A DNA stretch of 64,000 nucleotides, taken from positions 99,138,001 to 99,202,000 of the forward strand of contig OZ024741.1 of the NCBI GenBank assembly GCA_964016885.1. The letters are read 5' to 3'. Below the pieces are notes generated by a model, which saw only the letters and a program-made list of their open reading frames with translations, was not told the origin of the DNA and searched no databases. The stretch is from Eledone cirrhosa (lineage: Eukaryota). Position 1 is the first letter of the stretch. Every line of letters begins with the position of its first letter. The translations under genes were made by a program, and so were the position numbers. Positions 1 through 17,424 of this stretch are shown here, piece after piece.

Positions 1-134
1 AGGAACCTGCGAGACCAGAGTCGGGTCGATCCACACGCAGATCGCACCTCGTGCTGTTCGCCGGGGAAACAATTGTAACACACAATAAATTAAGTTCCGA
101 TGCATCACAGATTTTTCGTTTTCCATTCTATATA

Positions 135-296
<162 letters not shown>

Positions 297-1451
297 TGTG
301 CGTGTGTGTGCGTGTGTGTGTGCTAATTTGTTTTGGCGTTATTTGTATGAGATGTTGCTGGCATATAATTTTACAATAGTTATGAGTCTTGGGGAGATGA
401 GTGTTATGATATTTCCATGGCTTCTGAAATAAGTGGGAAGCAAGTGGGAAGTTATCCTCAGATCGGCGATCTGGTGCTAATGCTTGCAGCAAATTATACT
501 CACACTAATGGACCCGAGGGCTTGGTTGCCGTGTTAAACCAGAGAACAGATTATGTTTACCACACAAACCGAAATGCTTCCACATAGTATCCATGTAACG
601 AATTTCACTCACTCAGCTTTGCTTGATCCGGGGCTATGGTAGGAGATATTTGCTTAAGCTTATTATTGGTATCAATAATAAGGCTGAATACAACACCTGA
701 GCGGAGCGTTCTTCAAGCTGAACAAGCAAATAATAGAGTCTCACATATGGAATATAATTTATTGAAAAAAATGCGATTATCTAAAAGTATCTATCCAATT
801 AGAAGACGACAAAACCTCCCCCGAGAAAGTTTTTAAAATCTGAACCAATAAGCAAGAGAAATAATTCTAATAATTAAGCTCGTCCAATATATATATATAT
901 TTTTTTAAATAAAGAACGTTCCCTGTATTGCTGATATTCATAATCAGAGTTACTGTATTCCCTATTTCTATATATACTGATCAGTCGAAAGTCTAACTGA
1001 GCTGAATATGCTTCACTGGTGAGTTCTCACAAGTTCGAAACACGCTTGCTATATTCACCAGTAAATTGAATGATACATGAATGATCCTAACTTCATTTAC
1101 TTTATTTTCTTAAAATTAAGATTAGCTGATGTTATTGGAATTATCTCTGTTGAATATTTAGACCTTAAACATCTCAGGAAGTTTTTTCTTCCAAATGAAG
1201 GGTGGAAATCAGTAAATCGAATTCTTACAACGCATTTTATTACTTTGGTGAGACTATTGTATGTGGAGTCAGCAGACAACTCACCTGGCGTATTTTCCCT
1301 CGGCGTTTATATATGTATATATATAAATACACACTTACTACTTACCTACGTTTATACAAACATTCATACACATAAACACACATACACACATATATATATA
1401 TATATATATACATATAAATATATATGTATATATACATATATATATATCATG

Positions 1452-1529
<78 letters not shown>

Positions 1530-1705
1530 AGATAAGCAGAACAAGTAAAATTCAACCAATTTTTCAAAATAAATCAAAATTAATATACAATTAAAATTAA
1601 TCAAAATTAAAAAATATAATATAAATATTTACCTATTCAAATGGCCCTAACTGTACAGTTTCACGTTGCAAAACATTAGATATCACGTGGATATTAATGG
1701 AAAAG

Positions 1706-1772
<67 letters not shown>

Positions 1773-1775
<3 letters not shown>

Positions 1776-2063
1776 AAAAGAGTCACGACCCCGACGGCTG
1801 AGCTCCGGCCGTTTCGACAGCTAGATCTGAACTAAGCCAGCAGTATTAGGGTCGATTGTGTGTTTACACATGGTGGGTATTATTCAAGTAGGGAACTGGA
1901 GCTTGATAGTATTGTCGGGATTTAGTTCGGATCTAGCTGTCGAAACGGCCGGAGCTCAGCCGTCGGGGTCCTGACTCTTTTCCTATTACCCACTCTACTA
2001 CCCTAAGTATCGAGTACTCTGATGTGTTATGGTCCACCTGGTTTCTTACCACGCTTTCTTTAC
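1773..2063 (+). mobile_element. Fold-back PLE terminal remnant in (TA)n with decayed hammerhead
   Basis: Arm 1772-1835 is the reverse complement of ~1922-1985. Contains GAAACGGC..GCCGTC (stem III + GUC). Unique tail to 2063, (TA)n on both sides. Related fragment at 5589-5641. Confidence 0.65.
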
Positions 2064-5000
2064 TATAATTATATATATATATATAGATGTATGTCTGCGT
2101 ATGCGTATTGACATGCATGTCTGTAAGAACATGTGTGGGAGTGGGTGGTGTATGTGCGCGTGAGTTTGTCTCCCTGTTTGAAAGCATGTGTAAGCATATG
2201 CCTATATATCGATGTGGAAGCCAACAGGAGCTGCCTGCATCATTAGCAGGTAATCTCCTCTAATTACCGTTTCCATATCCATGTTATTGATGTTATTACT
2301 GCTGTATTTACATCGCCTGCTGTTTATCTCATCACGCAAACTTACACTTTGCCATTTCTTATCAACCTTACCCAACAAGACCGGAGACCATTTAGCCTGT
2401 CTGTTTCATTAATCACCTGTACTGAATACCCCAGATAATAGCAATCATTGCAGGTAATAGGAGAGTAATCCCATGTACATATATATGCGCGCGCGCGTGT
2501 GTGTGTGTGTGAGGATGTATGGATGAATGTATGCATATATGTATGTGTGTGTCAAAACATGAAAAAAACGCTACGAGAAAACAACATAATGCAATAATTG
2601 TGTAATAGTACACATTTATATGTATGTGAGTGTGTATGTGTGTGTGTATGTGTGTGTGCGCGCGCGCGCGTGTGTGTGTGTATGTGTATGTGTGTGAGTG
2701 TAGTGTTCGTGGTGCGGAGACCGGGAAGACATATATCAAGAAAGAATTCTCTTTAGGTACAGAGATGGTATAGATATTCGATAAAATCCCAGCGAGGGCA
2801 GGCATTTTTGGTCATGGTAAAGTCCAGCCTCGGAAAGAGAGATAGCAAGTGTTTTAATCCAATGACGTCAGCATCAAATAATCTTTTGTCAGTATATCAT
2901 TTAGCAGTTGGAGTTATTGGAGGTGTGTAAATGTCAAAGTTGAACTATAAAGTTGTAATTCGAAAAGAAAAACGGAAAATTACTTGACAAGAAAAAAAAT
3001 ACGGTTTTAACATGTTTTAGCATTAAACAAACAGTCAGGAAATAGAAAACACATCAAAAATATTCAAAATACATCTAGCGTTAAAATTCAATATAATTCT
3101 GTAGTTTATTCCAAAAAAAGTCCAGTGTGCTTTGTCTATTAGCAAGTCAAAATCTAGGAAGCAAGAAACTCTATGTGACTTCTGATTTCTGGTTCAAAGC
3201 AAATTTATTGTAATGAAGAATGAAGAATTTGTTGTTCAAACAGTAAGCATCTCACTGAAGCATGGTACGAGTCGTGTTTGCATGAACTCATGCGTTCTAA
3301 ATTAAACCAGTGTATCTTAGTCAGCTGCTCCAGACTCCTGAGAAATACAAAAATATTTTGACAGAATAGTGGAAGATCTTTATGTACCCGGATACTTAAA
3401 GGAAATCTTATGCCTCTAGAATCATGTTTTAAATATATTTCCCGTTAACCAACGTCCGTTTTGTATATAGGGCTGTTTTCAATCTATACATTCTAACTGC
3501 ATTCTCTCACATTGTCCAAGAAATTGCTATCGTATCGCGGAGGCAGTTACTAGGATGGAAACAATTGCAATAGGATCTTTCTTACTAACACTAGAGAGAA
3601 TTTTAGAATTAAACTAGCTAACAGAAACGACAGATGTTTGAAACAAGAACAACTAGCTTACAATGTGTTTCTCTTAAAGATTCTACGATATCAGAAACCC
3701 ACGAGAGACATAATTTAGAAATTCCCTTGTTACGTTAGTCTTTACATTATCGCTGAGAATTATATAATTTTCGAATGTTATTTCTATTCTTTATTTCTAG
3801 ACCCACTAGAACTAGCTTTATAGTAGATCTGTTCCAGAGCACCCCTTTATAGTACGATGAGGGGTTTCATCCGGGGAGGGGAAAGATATACGCTTACTTA
3901 TATTGTAAACTAAATTCCGAAAAGTGCATAGATTTGGAGTACTTAATGTAGAGTAATTTCTAATATTGCTTCCGGTAAAGACTGATTCTACTAGTGTCTA
4001 AGTCTAAACAGACGCCGAGAAAATATAACTATACTAAGATAGCTTTTACGTCATCTAAGTATTTGCTAAGTATTTGCTATCTTATTAAAACTTACCTAAA
4101 GCTATCTATTTCGTAGACGTCCATATTCTAGAAAATAACTATGAATTGTAACTGTAAATTGCACCTCGTCAGATATATTGTACACAAAATCATATAGACC
4201 CCCAGGATCGTGCACAGATCAACGTCATCAAATATTAACCCATGTCAAATTGTAATAAAAAATATGGATATATGTGTATACATCATTTATTTATGTAAAA
4301 TGTGTTTGTGAGCGTGATTGTGTGTTTGAACGCTTGAATGTATATGTATGCATTATTTATATACATACATATATACATACAAGCATACATACATATATAT
4401 CTACATACAAGCATACATGCATACATACATACATACATACATACATACATACATACATACATACATACATACATACATACATACATACATACATACATAC
4501 ATACATACATACATACATACATACATACATCTTAATAGTTCTTACTTTTAACGCAATTTTACTGCAAGCCTTGCTTGGTTTCAGACATTTTAATGAATTT
4601 ACTTTTTAATAGCTACATTCCTTTTGTCTTGTTTTTGTTTGTTTCGTTGTTTTTTCTCGTTTTTCTCTAACATTGCTTTTTTTATATCAATTTTTCTGTT
4701 ATGTTTTTATATTTTTTTGCACTTTACTTCGTCTGTATCAATGCATCTTTGGCGCGCTATTAACACTCTTCTTCGTTCTCTTTTTCTTCTTCCTCTTCAT
4801 ATTTTTCTTCTAATTCGTCTCTCCTTTTATTTCTGATTCTCCTCCTTGGTTTTCTTCACCTTGTCTTCATTTTCGTTTCCTTATTTTTCTCTGTCGCCTT
4901 TATTCTTTCGCTTCTACTTCTTCCACCTTTTCTTTTCTTTTTCCTCTTTCTCCGTTCATGCTCCAATTGAATTTAACAGTTATATTGAATTTAACTGACA

Positions 5001-5330
5001 AGCGTTTTATTCAACATGATAGTGTTTTATTCAATACTCAAACACACACACTGCAACCGCACACACATACACATATTTAGCAGTCAGAGTTTTATTCAAC
5101 AAGATAGTTTATTTCCGGAGGTGTGGATACATTTCATCCAATCAGTGATCAATATTTATTACGATTGCTCCTTATGGTCACATATAGATATTTTCCGGTT
5201 CTATTTGCTTCATTCTGCTCCAAATAATTCAATCGTGAAATGCAGGGTATTGACTTGTAAAGAAGTGTTCGGTCACGAAAATATTATATCCATGTAGTCT
5301 AATGACCGAAACAAATAAAAGAATTATATT

Positions 5331-5641
<311 letters not shown>

Positions 5642-6732
5642 ATATATATATATATATACACACACGTAATCAAGACCGTTATTGCTCCAACCAGACTATT
5701 CGCCATCGATAACTACCCTAAATATGCATACTCTTATACTACATATATATACATATATAGAACAAACGCACAAAACCAACAATAAACAAAGCATCTAATG
5801 GACAAGACCATTGGATTACAAACATGTAAAAATTACATTCGTAAAAACCGAGGCAATCATGAACTAAATGTCTATATTAGAGCTAAGGCACCGCTCCTCA
5901 GATATCATCCATATATCCCAACCAATTACCCGCTCTTAATATGAGTATACGGGGGGGGGGGTTCAAGCTGCAACCGTCAAACTACGCAGTTTCTGTATAA
6001 GAATATCCCATTACTACCTGCAGCGACTACAAACCCATTACATAGTAGGCGTTGCTCCACTCCCTCCGTATGCCCTTAAACCTTCAGGATGTGGTGTCGT
6101 GCTTCAGGAGACCCAGATTTCAAATAAACATAATATACATACACGAATGCAAAACATGATTAAGATGATATAAAATACGAAGCTATTAAAGAAAAAAGAG
6201 AGACCATCCTTTCGATGATACCATCTTTTGATCGAACTGATATTCCAAGGAATTGGATAAGGTGTTACCCCTCTAGGCATTATATAATAAATTTCACAAT
6301 CTAGTCGAATCAAATATATGAATCGGTCGTAGACAAGAATCTCATATTAAACATAATTGGTTTTAATTTTATTGTTGTTGTTGTTTTTGTGTTTGTTTAT
6401 TTTTTGTTTGATTTTTTTTTTTGTAGTAGACAGTGGTTATTACAAAAGAAGATTTAAGTTCATGTCCAGTCAACAACTGAAGGTGTATCGCCCTAGGTCA
6501 GCTATGATCGAGAGCAAACAATTGTTTTTGTTTCAGACATTTAGTTAATCTTTATTGAAATGCCTTCTTTAAAATACATCAATTAAGTCAATTAGCAGAA
6601 GTATGACCTTTTATTTCAAGAATTTCGCAAAAGTATATCCAAAGACCAGGTTTTCGATGACATGAAATACTATATACGCTTTTCTAATATTATTTCCATG
6701 GCAGACAAAGGAAATAATATTTGAAAAGCGTA

Positions 6733-6870
6733 TTCAAATCCCGCCGAGATTAGCTTTGCTTTTCATCCTTACGGGGTCGATAAAACTAAGTACCAGTAAC
6801 ACACTGGGGTAGATTTAATCGACTTTCCCCTTCCTCAAAATTGTTGGCCTTGTGCTTAAATTCAGACACC
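6733..6870 (+). mobile_element. tRNA-derived SINE (Meta-domain-like core), 5'-truncated
   Basis: B-box-like TTCAAATCCC followed by ..tttcatccttacggggtcgataaaa..gtaccagt, a core repeated more than 10 times in the window. Confidence 0.75.
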
Positions 6871-7391
6871 ATCATTTCCTTTGCAAACAAACAAAAAAAT
6901 ACTATTTTAAAATGTATTACTTCACTAAACCCAGCTATATTTAACGTACCTTGTGAAGCTAAATAATACAAATGACTTCTTTTTAATTCTTTATAGATTG
7001 TGGTGTGAAATAACGAAGCTATATTGGCGGATGTTCTTTTGTTTTCGTATTTGGATCTGGCGAGAGCAACAGTGAAACTAAACTGTAAATACAGTGAATG
7101 AGTACAGCACAGATCTGTTATCAGCAATAGATGTACATCTGGTAGCTGTCAAACACACATACACACACACTTATACATATATATATATATGTATGTATAT
7201 GAGATGGGGGTGTATGCATATGTGTATCAATAAATATATATATATATATATATGTGTGTGTGTATGTGAGATGGGGGTGTATATATATACATAAAATACA
7301 CATACACAAACGTACACATACACACATATATATAGGAGTGTATGTGGGTGTGGGTGGGTATGTGCGAGTGTGTATGTATATATATATATAT

Positions 7392-7469
<78 letters not shown>

Positions 7470-7472
<3 letters not shown>

Positions 7473-7592
7473 CAGCAAGAACCCTCCGATACGTCCTGAA
7501 TATCTGAGGCTGCAGGTAGTGGCTTGATATTCAATCCAACGGACTTTCCAGTTAACCAACATCAATGACTGAGATTCAAGGAATAACAACAA
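7470..7592 (+). mobile_element. Severely 5'-truncated R4/Dong 3' end
   Basis: Near-identical to 12753-12870 and 16183-16300 (last codons plus 3' UTR); (TAA)n on both sides. Confidence 0.92.
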
Positions 7593-7593
7593 C

Positions 7594-7649
<56 letters not shown>

Positions 7650-7797
7650 GGGAAGAAGACGCACGAGGTGACGGAGGTCATGAAATCGCTCCCGTAAGTT
7701 TTGAATTTTTAACATATTTAAACCATTTGTGAAATAACAACTCTTAGCACAAATGCTACGTAAAGCACCCGGCTTGAGCCCCAAAAAATTCGGACCC

Positions 7798-9094
7798 AAA
7801 ATATATTGTTATAAGGCTCAAATATTCAAATATTCAACTTTGTATTGTACACTGTATATCCAAAAAAAAAAAATGGCTATAAATGGAAGAAGAACCCCTC
7901 CCCTCCTCTCCTCTGGCTACACTATATAGGACAGCTAAACTCACCAACACCAGAAACTAGATACACGACCCACCCCATCATATGTGTACACTAAACACAA
8001 CAGCCAGATAACGACACATTTTCACCTTCACCGCCACCGCTCACTACGGCCATCATTACCACCACTATCCCATCACCGCCGCCACCACCCCTTGACTCCG
8101 CTACAGCACCATCACTACAGTAATACGGTCACATCACCGCCACCACTGCCTCGGTATCGACATCACCACCACCACTGTCTCAGTATCGCTAACGCCGCCA
8201 GTCTCCCACTTCCCTGCTGGCTGCTACTCCCACATTATAGAATTCCTACTACTAACAAAGAGGAAGGCATCAAAATATATAGATAGACCCAAAAGAAAAA
8301 AGAAAAAACAAACAACAAAACCAAAGCAGCACAGCAACAACAGCAAAAAACGAGAAAAACAAACAGAGAAAAACAAAAACAAAAAAAAGAAACCCCAAAA
8401 ACGTAAAGAAAATATATTGTTATAAGGCTCAAAACGTAAAGAAAATATATTGTTATAAGGCTCAAAACGTAAAGAAAATATATTGTTATAAGGCTCAAAT
8501 ATTCAAATATTCAACTTTGTATTGTACACTGTATATCCAAAAAAAAAAAAAAAAAAAAAATGGCTATAAATGGAAGAAGAACCCCTCCCCTCCTCTCCTC
8601 TGGCTACACTATATAGGACAGCTAAACTCACCAACACCAGAAACTAGATACACCACCCACCCCATCATCTGTGTACACTAAACACAACAGCCAGATAACG
8701 ACACATTTTCACCTTCACCGCCACCGCTCACTACGGCCATCATTACCACCACTATCCCAGCACCGCCGCCACCACCCCTTGACTCCGCTACAGCACCATC
8801 ACTACAGTAATACGGTCACATCACCGCCACCACTGCCTCGGTATCGACATCACCACCACCACTGTCTCAGTATCGCTAACGCCGCCAGTCTCCCACTTCC
8901 CTGCTGGCTGCTACTTCCACATTATAGAATTCCTACTACTAACAAAGAGGAAGGCATCAAAATATATAGATAGACCCAAAAGAAAAAAGAAAAAACAAAC
9001 AACAAAACCACAGCAACAACAGCAAAAAACGAGAAAAACAAACAGAGAAAAACAAAAACAAAAAAAAAGAAACCCCCAAAACGTAAAGAAAATA
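7798..9094. repeat. ~690-bp tandem duplication with a reiterated 33-bp junction unit
   Basis: 7798-~8413 matches 8476-9094 (ORFs 7984 and 8671 are near-identical). The unit aaaacgtaaagaaaatatattgttataaggctc occurs three times at ~8397-8495. Confidence 0.9.
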
Positions 9095-9396
9095 AGAATG
9101 AAGAGAGAAGCAGGCGGACGGACAGAGAAGAGGGGGGAAAAAGTAAAACTTAAAAAACTAAAACTAAGTCAGACATTCGAACACTACATTACAATGAAAC
9201 TTATGCTTATTCATTTCTGGGGCCCTTTCTGCCTGTGTGTTTGTTTGTTTATGTGTGTTCGTATACAGCGTGGTGATAATGCCACACAAGGGCCAAGTGG
9301 GATGGCGGACCCACAGATGGCTATGTAAACATACATTCGCCAATCCTCGATAAGAGTGTTTAAATATCGAACATAAACAGTTCGAATAACGGTGAA

Positions 9397-12300
9397 ATGG
9401 AGACTAGAACGTCATGTGACAGACTCTCACCCAACAGGTGCCCCCTGGCTCAGCAGCAGGAACCTGACTGTCAACCAAATACTGCTGATGTTGGAGGAAG
9501 GAGAAGAAGGAAAGGGGCCAGAACCAACTGGACGAAAGAATTGAATAGAACTGTTATGCAATGCTACCTGAAAAGTAACCCCAAGGAGAGGGGCTACAGG
9601 AGACGGATGCATAACATCTGGAACGAGATTGGTTTATTTAAATTAGATGAACAAAAATTGGCCGGGCAGGCTCGGGTAATAAGAACTAATGGGTGGATAA
9701 GCGAGCTGGAACTGGAGGAACTGAGCAGAGAGAATGGCTTGGAGATGGCGGGTGTAGTATGCCAGACAAGCGAGCCGGTGGGAAATGAAGGTGAGGAGGT
9801 CCTGAGAACGGAGGAACCACCCGAAGCAGACAATGATCTGAGTACTGAGATAAATAATACCTGGAACAGAGATACGGCCACTGAGGAGATGAATGCTGAC
9901 GGGCTAGGACAAGATTCGGTTGACATCCTAAATTTAGTGGTAGATGAATTGAACAATGATAGTGGGAGACCTATGAACCTAAGATTTGTAGACAGGAAAA
10001 AGTTAAAAGAAACAACAGCTAAGGTAAACAAAGTCATCCCATACCTTGAGGCGAGGAGCCTTCACCAGTGCAACAATATCCTCTGAGCAACAGCAAATAC
10101 GGTGAGGAAACTACTTGGTATAAAAGCGAGAGGAAACAACAGACAAGAAAGAGCAGAGCCGTGGTGGAAGAAGCGACTGAGTGGGCAAATCGGGGAAATG
10201 AGAAATGACATAGGAAAGCTTGAGTCACTACTGAATGGGACACTAAAAAACATAGGCACTAAAAATAGACTGGAAATAAAATACAAAACTAGGAGTAAAA
10301 AGCTAAATATTATCATAGAGGAATTGAAGCAACACATTGTAGCAAAGAGTGCAAAAATCAGGCGATACGAGAACAGAGTCAGTCAGTATAAACAGAACCG
10401 CATGTTCGACAACAACCAGAAGATGCTGTTTGGACAGCTTGAGGGGAAAGAAAGAGGCAACGACTTGATCCCTGGGGCGGAGCAAACTAAAACATTCTGG
10501 AGAGGAATATGGGAGCAGGATGTTAGACATAATGCCCAGGCAGGGTGGATTGAGACAGTACAGAGGGAGATCGGTGAGCAGGCACAGCAACAGACTGATT
10601 TGAGTATCACAGTTGAAACTCTTAAGGGACAAGCCAAAAAACTAACCAACTGGAAATCGCCAGGCCCAGATGGTGTGCAGGGGTATTGGATTAAACATCT
10701 AACATCCCTCCACCCGAAGCTGACGGCCATGTTCAATGACTGCTTGGTGTCGGGTGAGGTGCCAGAGTGGTTGACAAAAGGTACCACAGTTCTGATAATG
10801 AAAGACCGAATCAAGGGTAATGATGCTACCAACTATAGACCTATCACATGTCTGCCCGTAATGTGGAAACTGTTGACGAGCATTGTGTCTGAGGAAATCT
10901 ACCATCACCTCCACACAAACAACTTGTTACCGGACGAACAGAAAGGATGCCGAAAGAAGTCACGTGGTACAAAGGACCAGTTGCTTATTGATAAGATGGT
11001 AATGGGGAATTGCAGGAGGAGACACACTGATCTTGCCATGGGATGGATAGACTACAGAAAGGCATTTGACATGGTGCCTCATTCCTGGATCACCAAAAGC
11101 CTGGATATCTTCAGGGTGGCGGATAACATCAGGCAGTTGCTAGGCAGGAGTATGGGGTCCTGGGAGACAGAGTTGACATCAACTGGAGTATCCTTGGGAA
11201 GCGTGAAGATCAAGAGAGGTATCTTCCAGGGAGATAGCCTGTCCCCTCTGTTGTTTGTCCTTGCCCTGATGCCCTTGACCATTATGCTGCGAAAAGTGAG
11301 AGCAGGATACAAGTTGGGAAGGGGAGAGCTTACCATCAATCACCTCCTCTTCATGGACGATCTTAAGCTCTTCGGGAAAAGTGAGAAGGAGTTGGATGTG
11401 CTTGTTGACACTGTCCGTATTTTCAGCAGTGATATATGTATGCAGTTTGGTATTGGTAAATGTGGAGTCATTGTGATGAAGAGGGGTAGGTTGAGCAGAA
11501 GTAAAGGGATCCAGATACCAACAGGTGAGATGATAAAGGAAATTGACTCTGAGGAAGGATACAAGTATTTGGGCGTTCTGGAGGCTGATGGCATAAAGAA
11601 CAAAAAAAGGAAGGAATTGTTAAGAACTGAATACATTCGGAGAGTAAGGAGCGTATTGAAGTCACATCTGAACAGCAGAAATGCCATAAGCGCAGTAAAT
11701 TCCCGAGCTGTGTCTATTATTAGGTACAGTGCGGGAATTCTGAGATGGAATGTTGCTGAACAGAAAGAAATGGACAGGAAGACTAGGAAGCTATTGACTA
11801 TCTACAACATGTTCCACAAGAGGAGTGATGTCGATAGACTCTACCTAAGGAGATCTGAGGGTGGAAGAGGTCTTATCAGCATAGAGGACTGTGTTCAGAT
11901 GGAGAAAAACAACCTATACAAATACGTGACCTATAGTAAGGAGCCAATGCTCAGAGCTGTACTGAAGGAGGGGACAGTAGGCCAGGGGATGTCCAGGAAG
12001 GAAATAACATCAAGGAGGAAGAGCAGCCTTAAGGGAAAACCCCTTCATAGTACCTTCTTTGAGAAAACTGAATTTAGAGATCCACAGACATGGAACTGGT
12101 TGAGAAGAGGAGACCTCAAAAAGTCTACAGAAGGAATGCTAATGGCTGCGCAGGAGCAGGCCCTCAAAACGAAGTGGTTGAAGCACCATATCTACAAGGA
12201 GGAGGTCAGCCCACTGTGCAGGATCTGTGGAGAGAGAGAGGAGACTGTGGCTCACATTGTGTCCGAGTGTAAACACCTAGCCCAGACCCACTATAAGGGC

Positions 12301-12789
12301 TGGAGACACGATGTGATGGGCAGGGTGATCCACTGGCACCTGTGCAAAGTAAACAATCTACCACATTCTGAGAAATGGTATGAGCATAGGCCAGAGGCGG
12401 TGATGGAGAACAATCAGGTGAAGGTGCTGTGGGATTTTAGGATACAGACGGACAAAAAACTGGAACACAATAGACCTGACCTGGTGGTTGTGGACAAAGA
12501 AAAAAGATCGTGCCTGATTGTGGATGTGGCCTGCCCGTTCGACACGAGAGTGCAAGAGAAGGAGAGGGAGAAAATTAACCGATACCAGGACCTAAAGTGA
12601 GAGGTGAAAAGGATTTGGAACTGCCATGAAGTCAAAGTGATCCCGATTGTCATAGGCGCACTGGGGACTATCTCCAAAAGTTTCCAGGGATGGTTAAAGA
12701 AAATCGGCCCCTTCACGCTTTTTGGAACGCTTCAAAAGGCATGCTTGCTTGGAACAGCAAGAACCCACCGATACGTCCTGAATATCTGA
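9397..12789 (+). pseudogene. R4/Dong polyprotein (RT, CCHC zinc knuckle, restriction-like endonuclease) with two in-frame TGA stops
   Basis: Motifs KSPGPDG, NYRPITCL, DYRKAFD, GIFQGDSLSP, LFMDD, CRIC..H...C, RHD, RPDLVV..D..EK..RY. ORFs 9397, 10102 and 12604 are in one frame, with stops at 10084 and 12598. Confidence 0.93.
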
Positions 12790-12870
12790 GGCTGCAGGTA
12801 GTGGCTTGATATTCAATCCAACGGACTTTCCAGTTAACCAACATCAATGACTGAGATTCAAGGAATAACA
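9397..12870 (+). mobile_element. R4/Dong-clade non-LTR retrotransposon, copy 1 (5' end uncertain, possibly 7650)
   Basis: Single RT + CCHC + RLE frame, ~80-nt 3' UTR and a (TAA)n tail. Confidence 0.92.
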
Positions 12871-12875
12871 ATAAC

Positions 12876-16300
<3,425 letters not shown>

Positions 16301-16585
16301 ACAATAATAATAATAATAATAATAGTAATAATAATAGTAATAATAATAAATTTGAAGACTAAAATCCAAAGAGGGCTCGATAAGGATAAATATATATCAA
16401 ATATATAAGAACCGTAGAGCAAATATTTATTAAAATAACAGATTAAAGTTTAAGCAAGAATCGCTGCTCACCCTTAACGGGATCTTCTGAAACTAACAAA
16501 GTCAATCTGTAAACGCAGAAGTGGATATTTCAAAAAACGTTGCAACCGGAGGAAGACAGGAAGACGATACTTTGGTTCGTGGAAA

Positions 16586-16850
16586 CGTTCCCTGGCAAAG
16601 AACGAGAAAAAACGAATATAATACGTCATTAATAGGAGCGGTGAAAAACAATTACGCGCAAAAACAGAGCCACGTTTATGGTATAAAAGAGGTCGTAGAC
16701 TAATGTTCTATTAGGTGGTGCATAGAGACGTTCTCTGGCAATGAACGAAAAAAACGAAGATAATACGTCATATGTGGAACGAGGAGAACAATTGCACGCA
16801 AAGACAAAACCACGTAAATGGTATAGCAGAAGTCGTAGACTAAAGTTCTA
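16586..16850. repeat. Diverged ~140-bp tandem duplication within the PLE 3' region
   Basis: 16586-16708 resembles 16729-16850 (..ctggcaa.gaacg..taatacgtcat..gtcgtagactaa.gttcta). Confidence 0.75.
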
Positions 16851-17424
16851 ACTAGGAGACCGAATGAATCTCCGCTTCAGAGTTAAGAATAAAGTAAATA
16901 AATACAATACAGAGGTAATAGAAATTAAATAAATACATACACGCATACAAATACGTACATACACAAGCATACGCGAAAACACTTACCATAGGTATACAAA
17001 ACCACGCACATATAAATATGTGTGTGTATGTGTGCGTGTATACAAATAAATAAATAATTAAATAAACGTATATAAATAAATAAATACGTATATAACAAGC
17101 GCACACACATACCTACATGTAAATACACAAATGTTCGGAGACGTAAGTCAACCAAAACATGAAGTACACATATACACACACCCTACATACGTACGAACCT
17201 GCATACTCACACAGACGCAAAACTCCCGTATACACATAACCAAACCATATGTACCAGAATATATAAAATTATACCCCATAACATATACAATCAAATATAC
17301 GTACGAGAAAGTGTACGTACCTTCACAAAACATACATACTTACCTATGCAAATAAGTAATGGTAGAAACAAAACATATACTTAGCTACCACATCAAGACG
17401 TAAAATATCCACGTATAGATCGTA

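Noticed and set aside
1012-1050. CTGGTGA..GAAAC hammerhead-like string (similar weak cases at 1645-1685, 25839, 44033-44075, 49994-50035, 50551-50620)
   Set aside because: Core mismatches and/or unpaired stem I; cannot be supported by eye
3777-4150. Possible solo LTR on the minus strand (TATA, AATAAA, CA end)
   Set aside because: No second LTR, PBS/PPT or target-site duplication found
8397-8495. 33-bp repeats resembling CRISPR
   Set aside because: Contiguous with no spacers; eukaryotic context; no cas genes
10084-12600. In-frame TGA codons as selenocysteine or read-through
   Set aside because: The sister copy has AAA and TGG at these sites, so they are nonsense mutations
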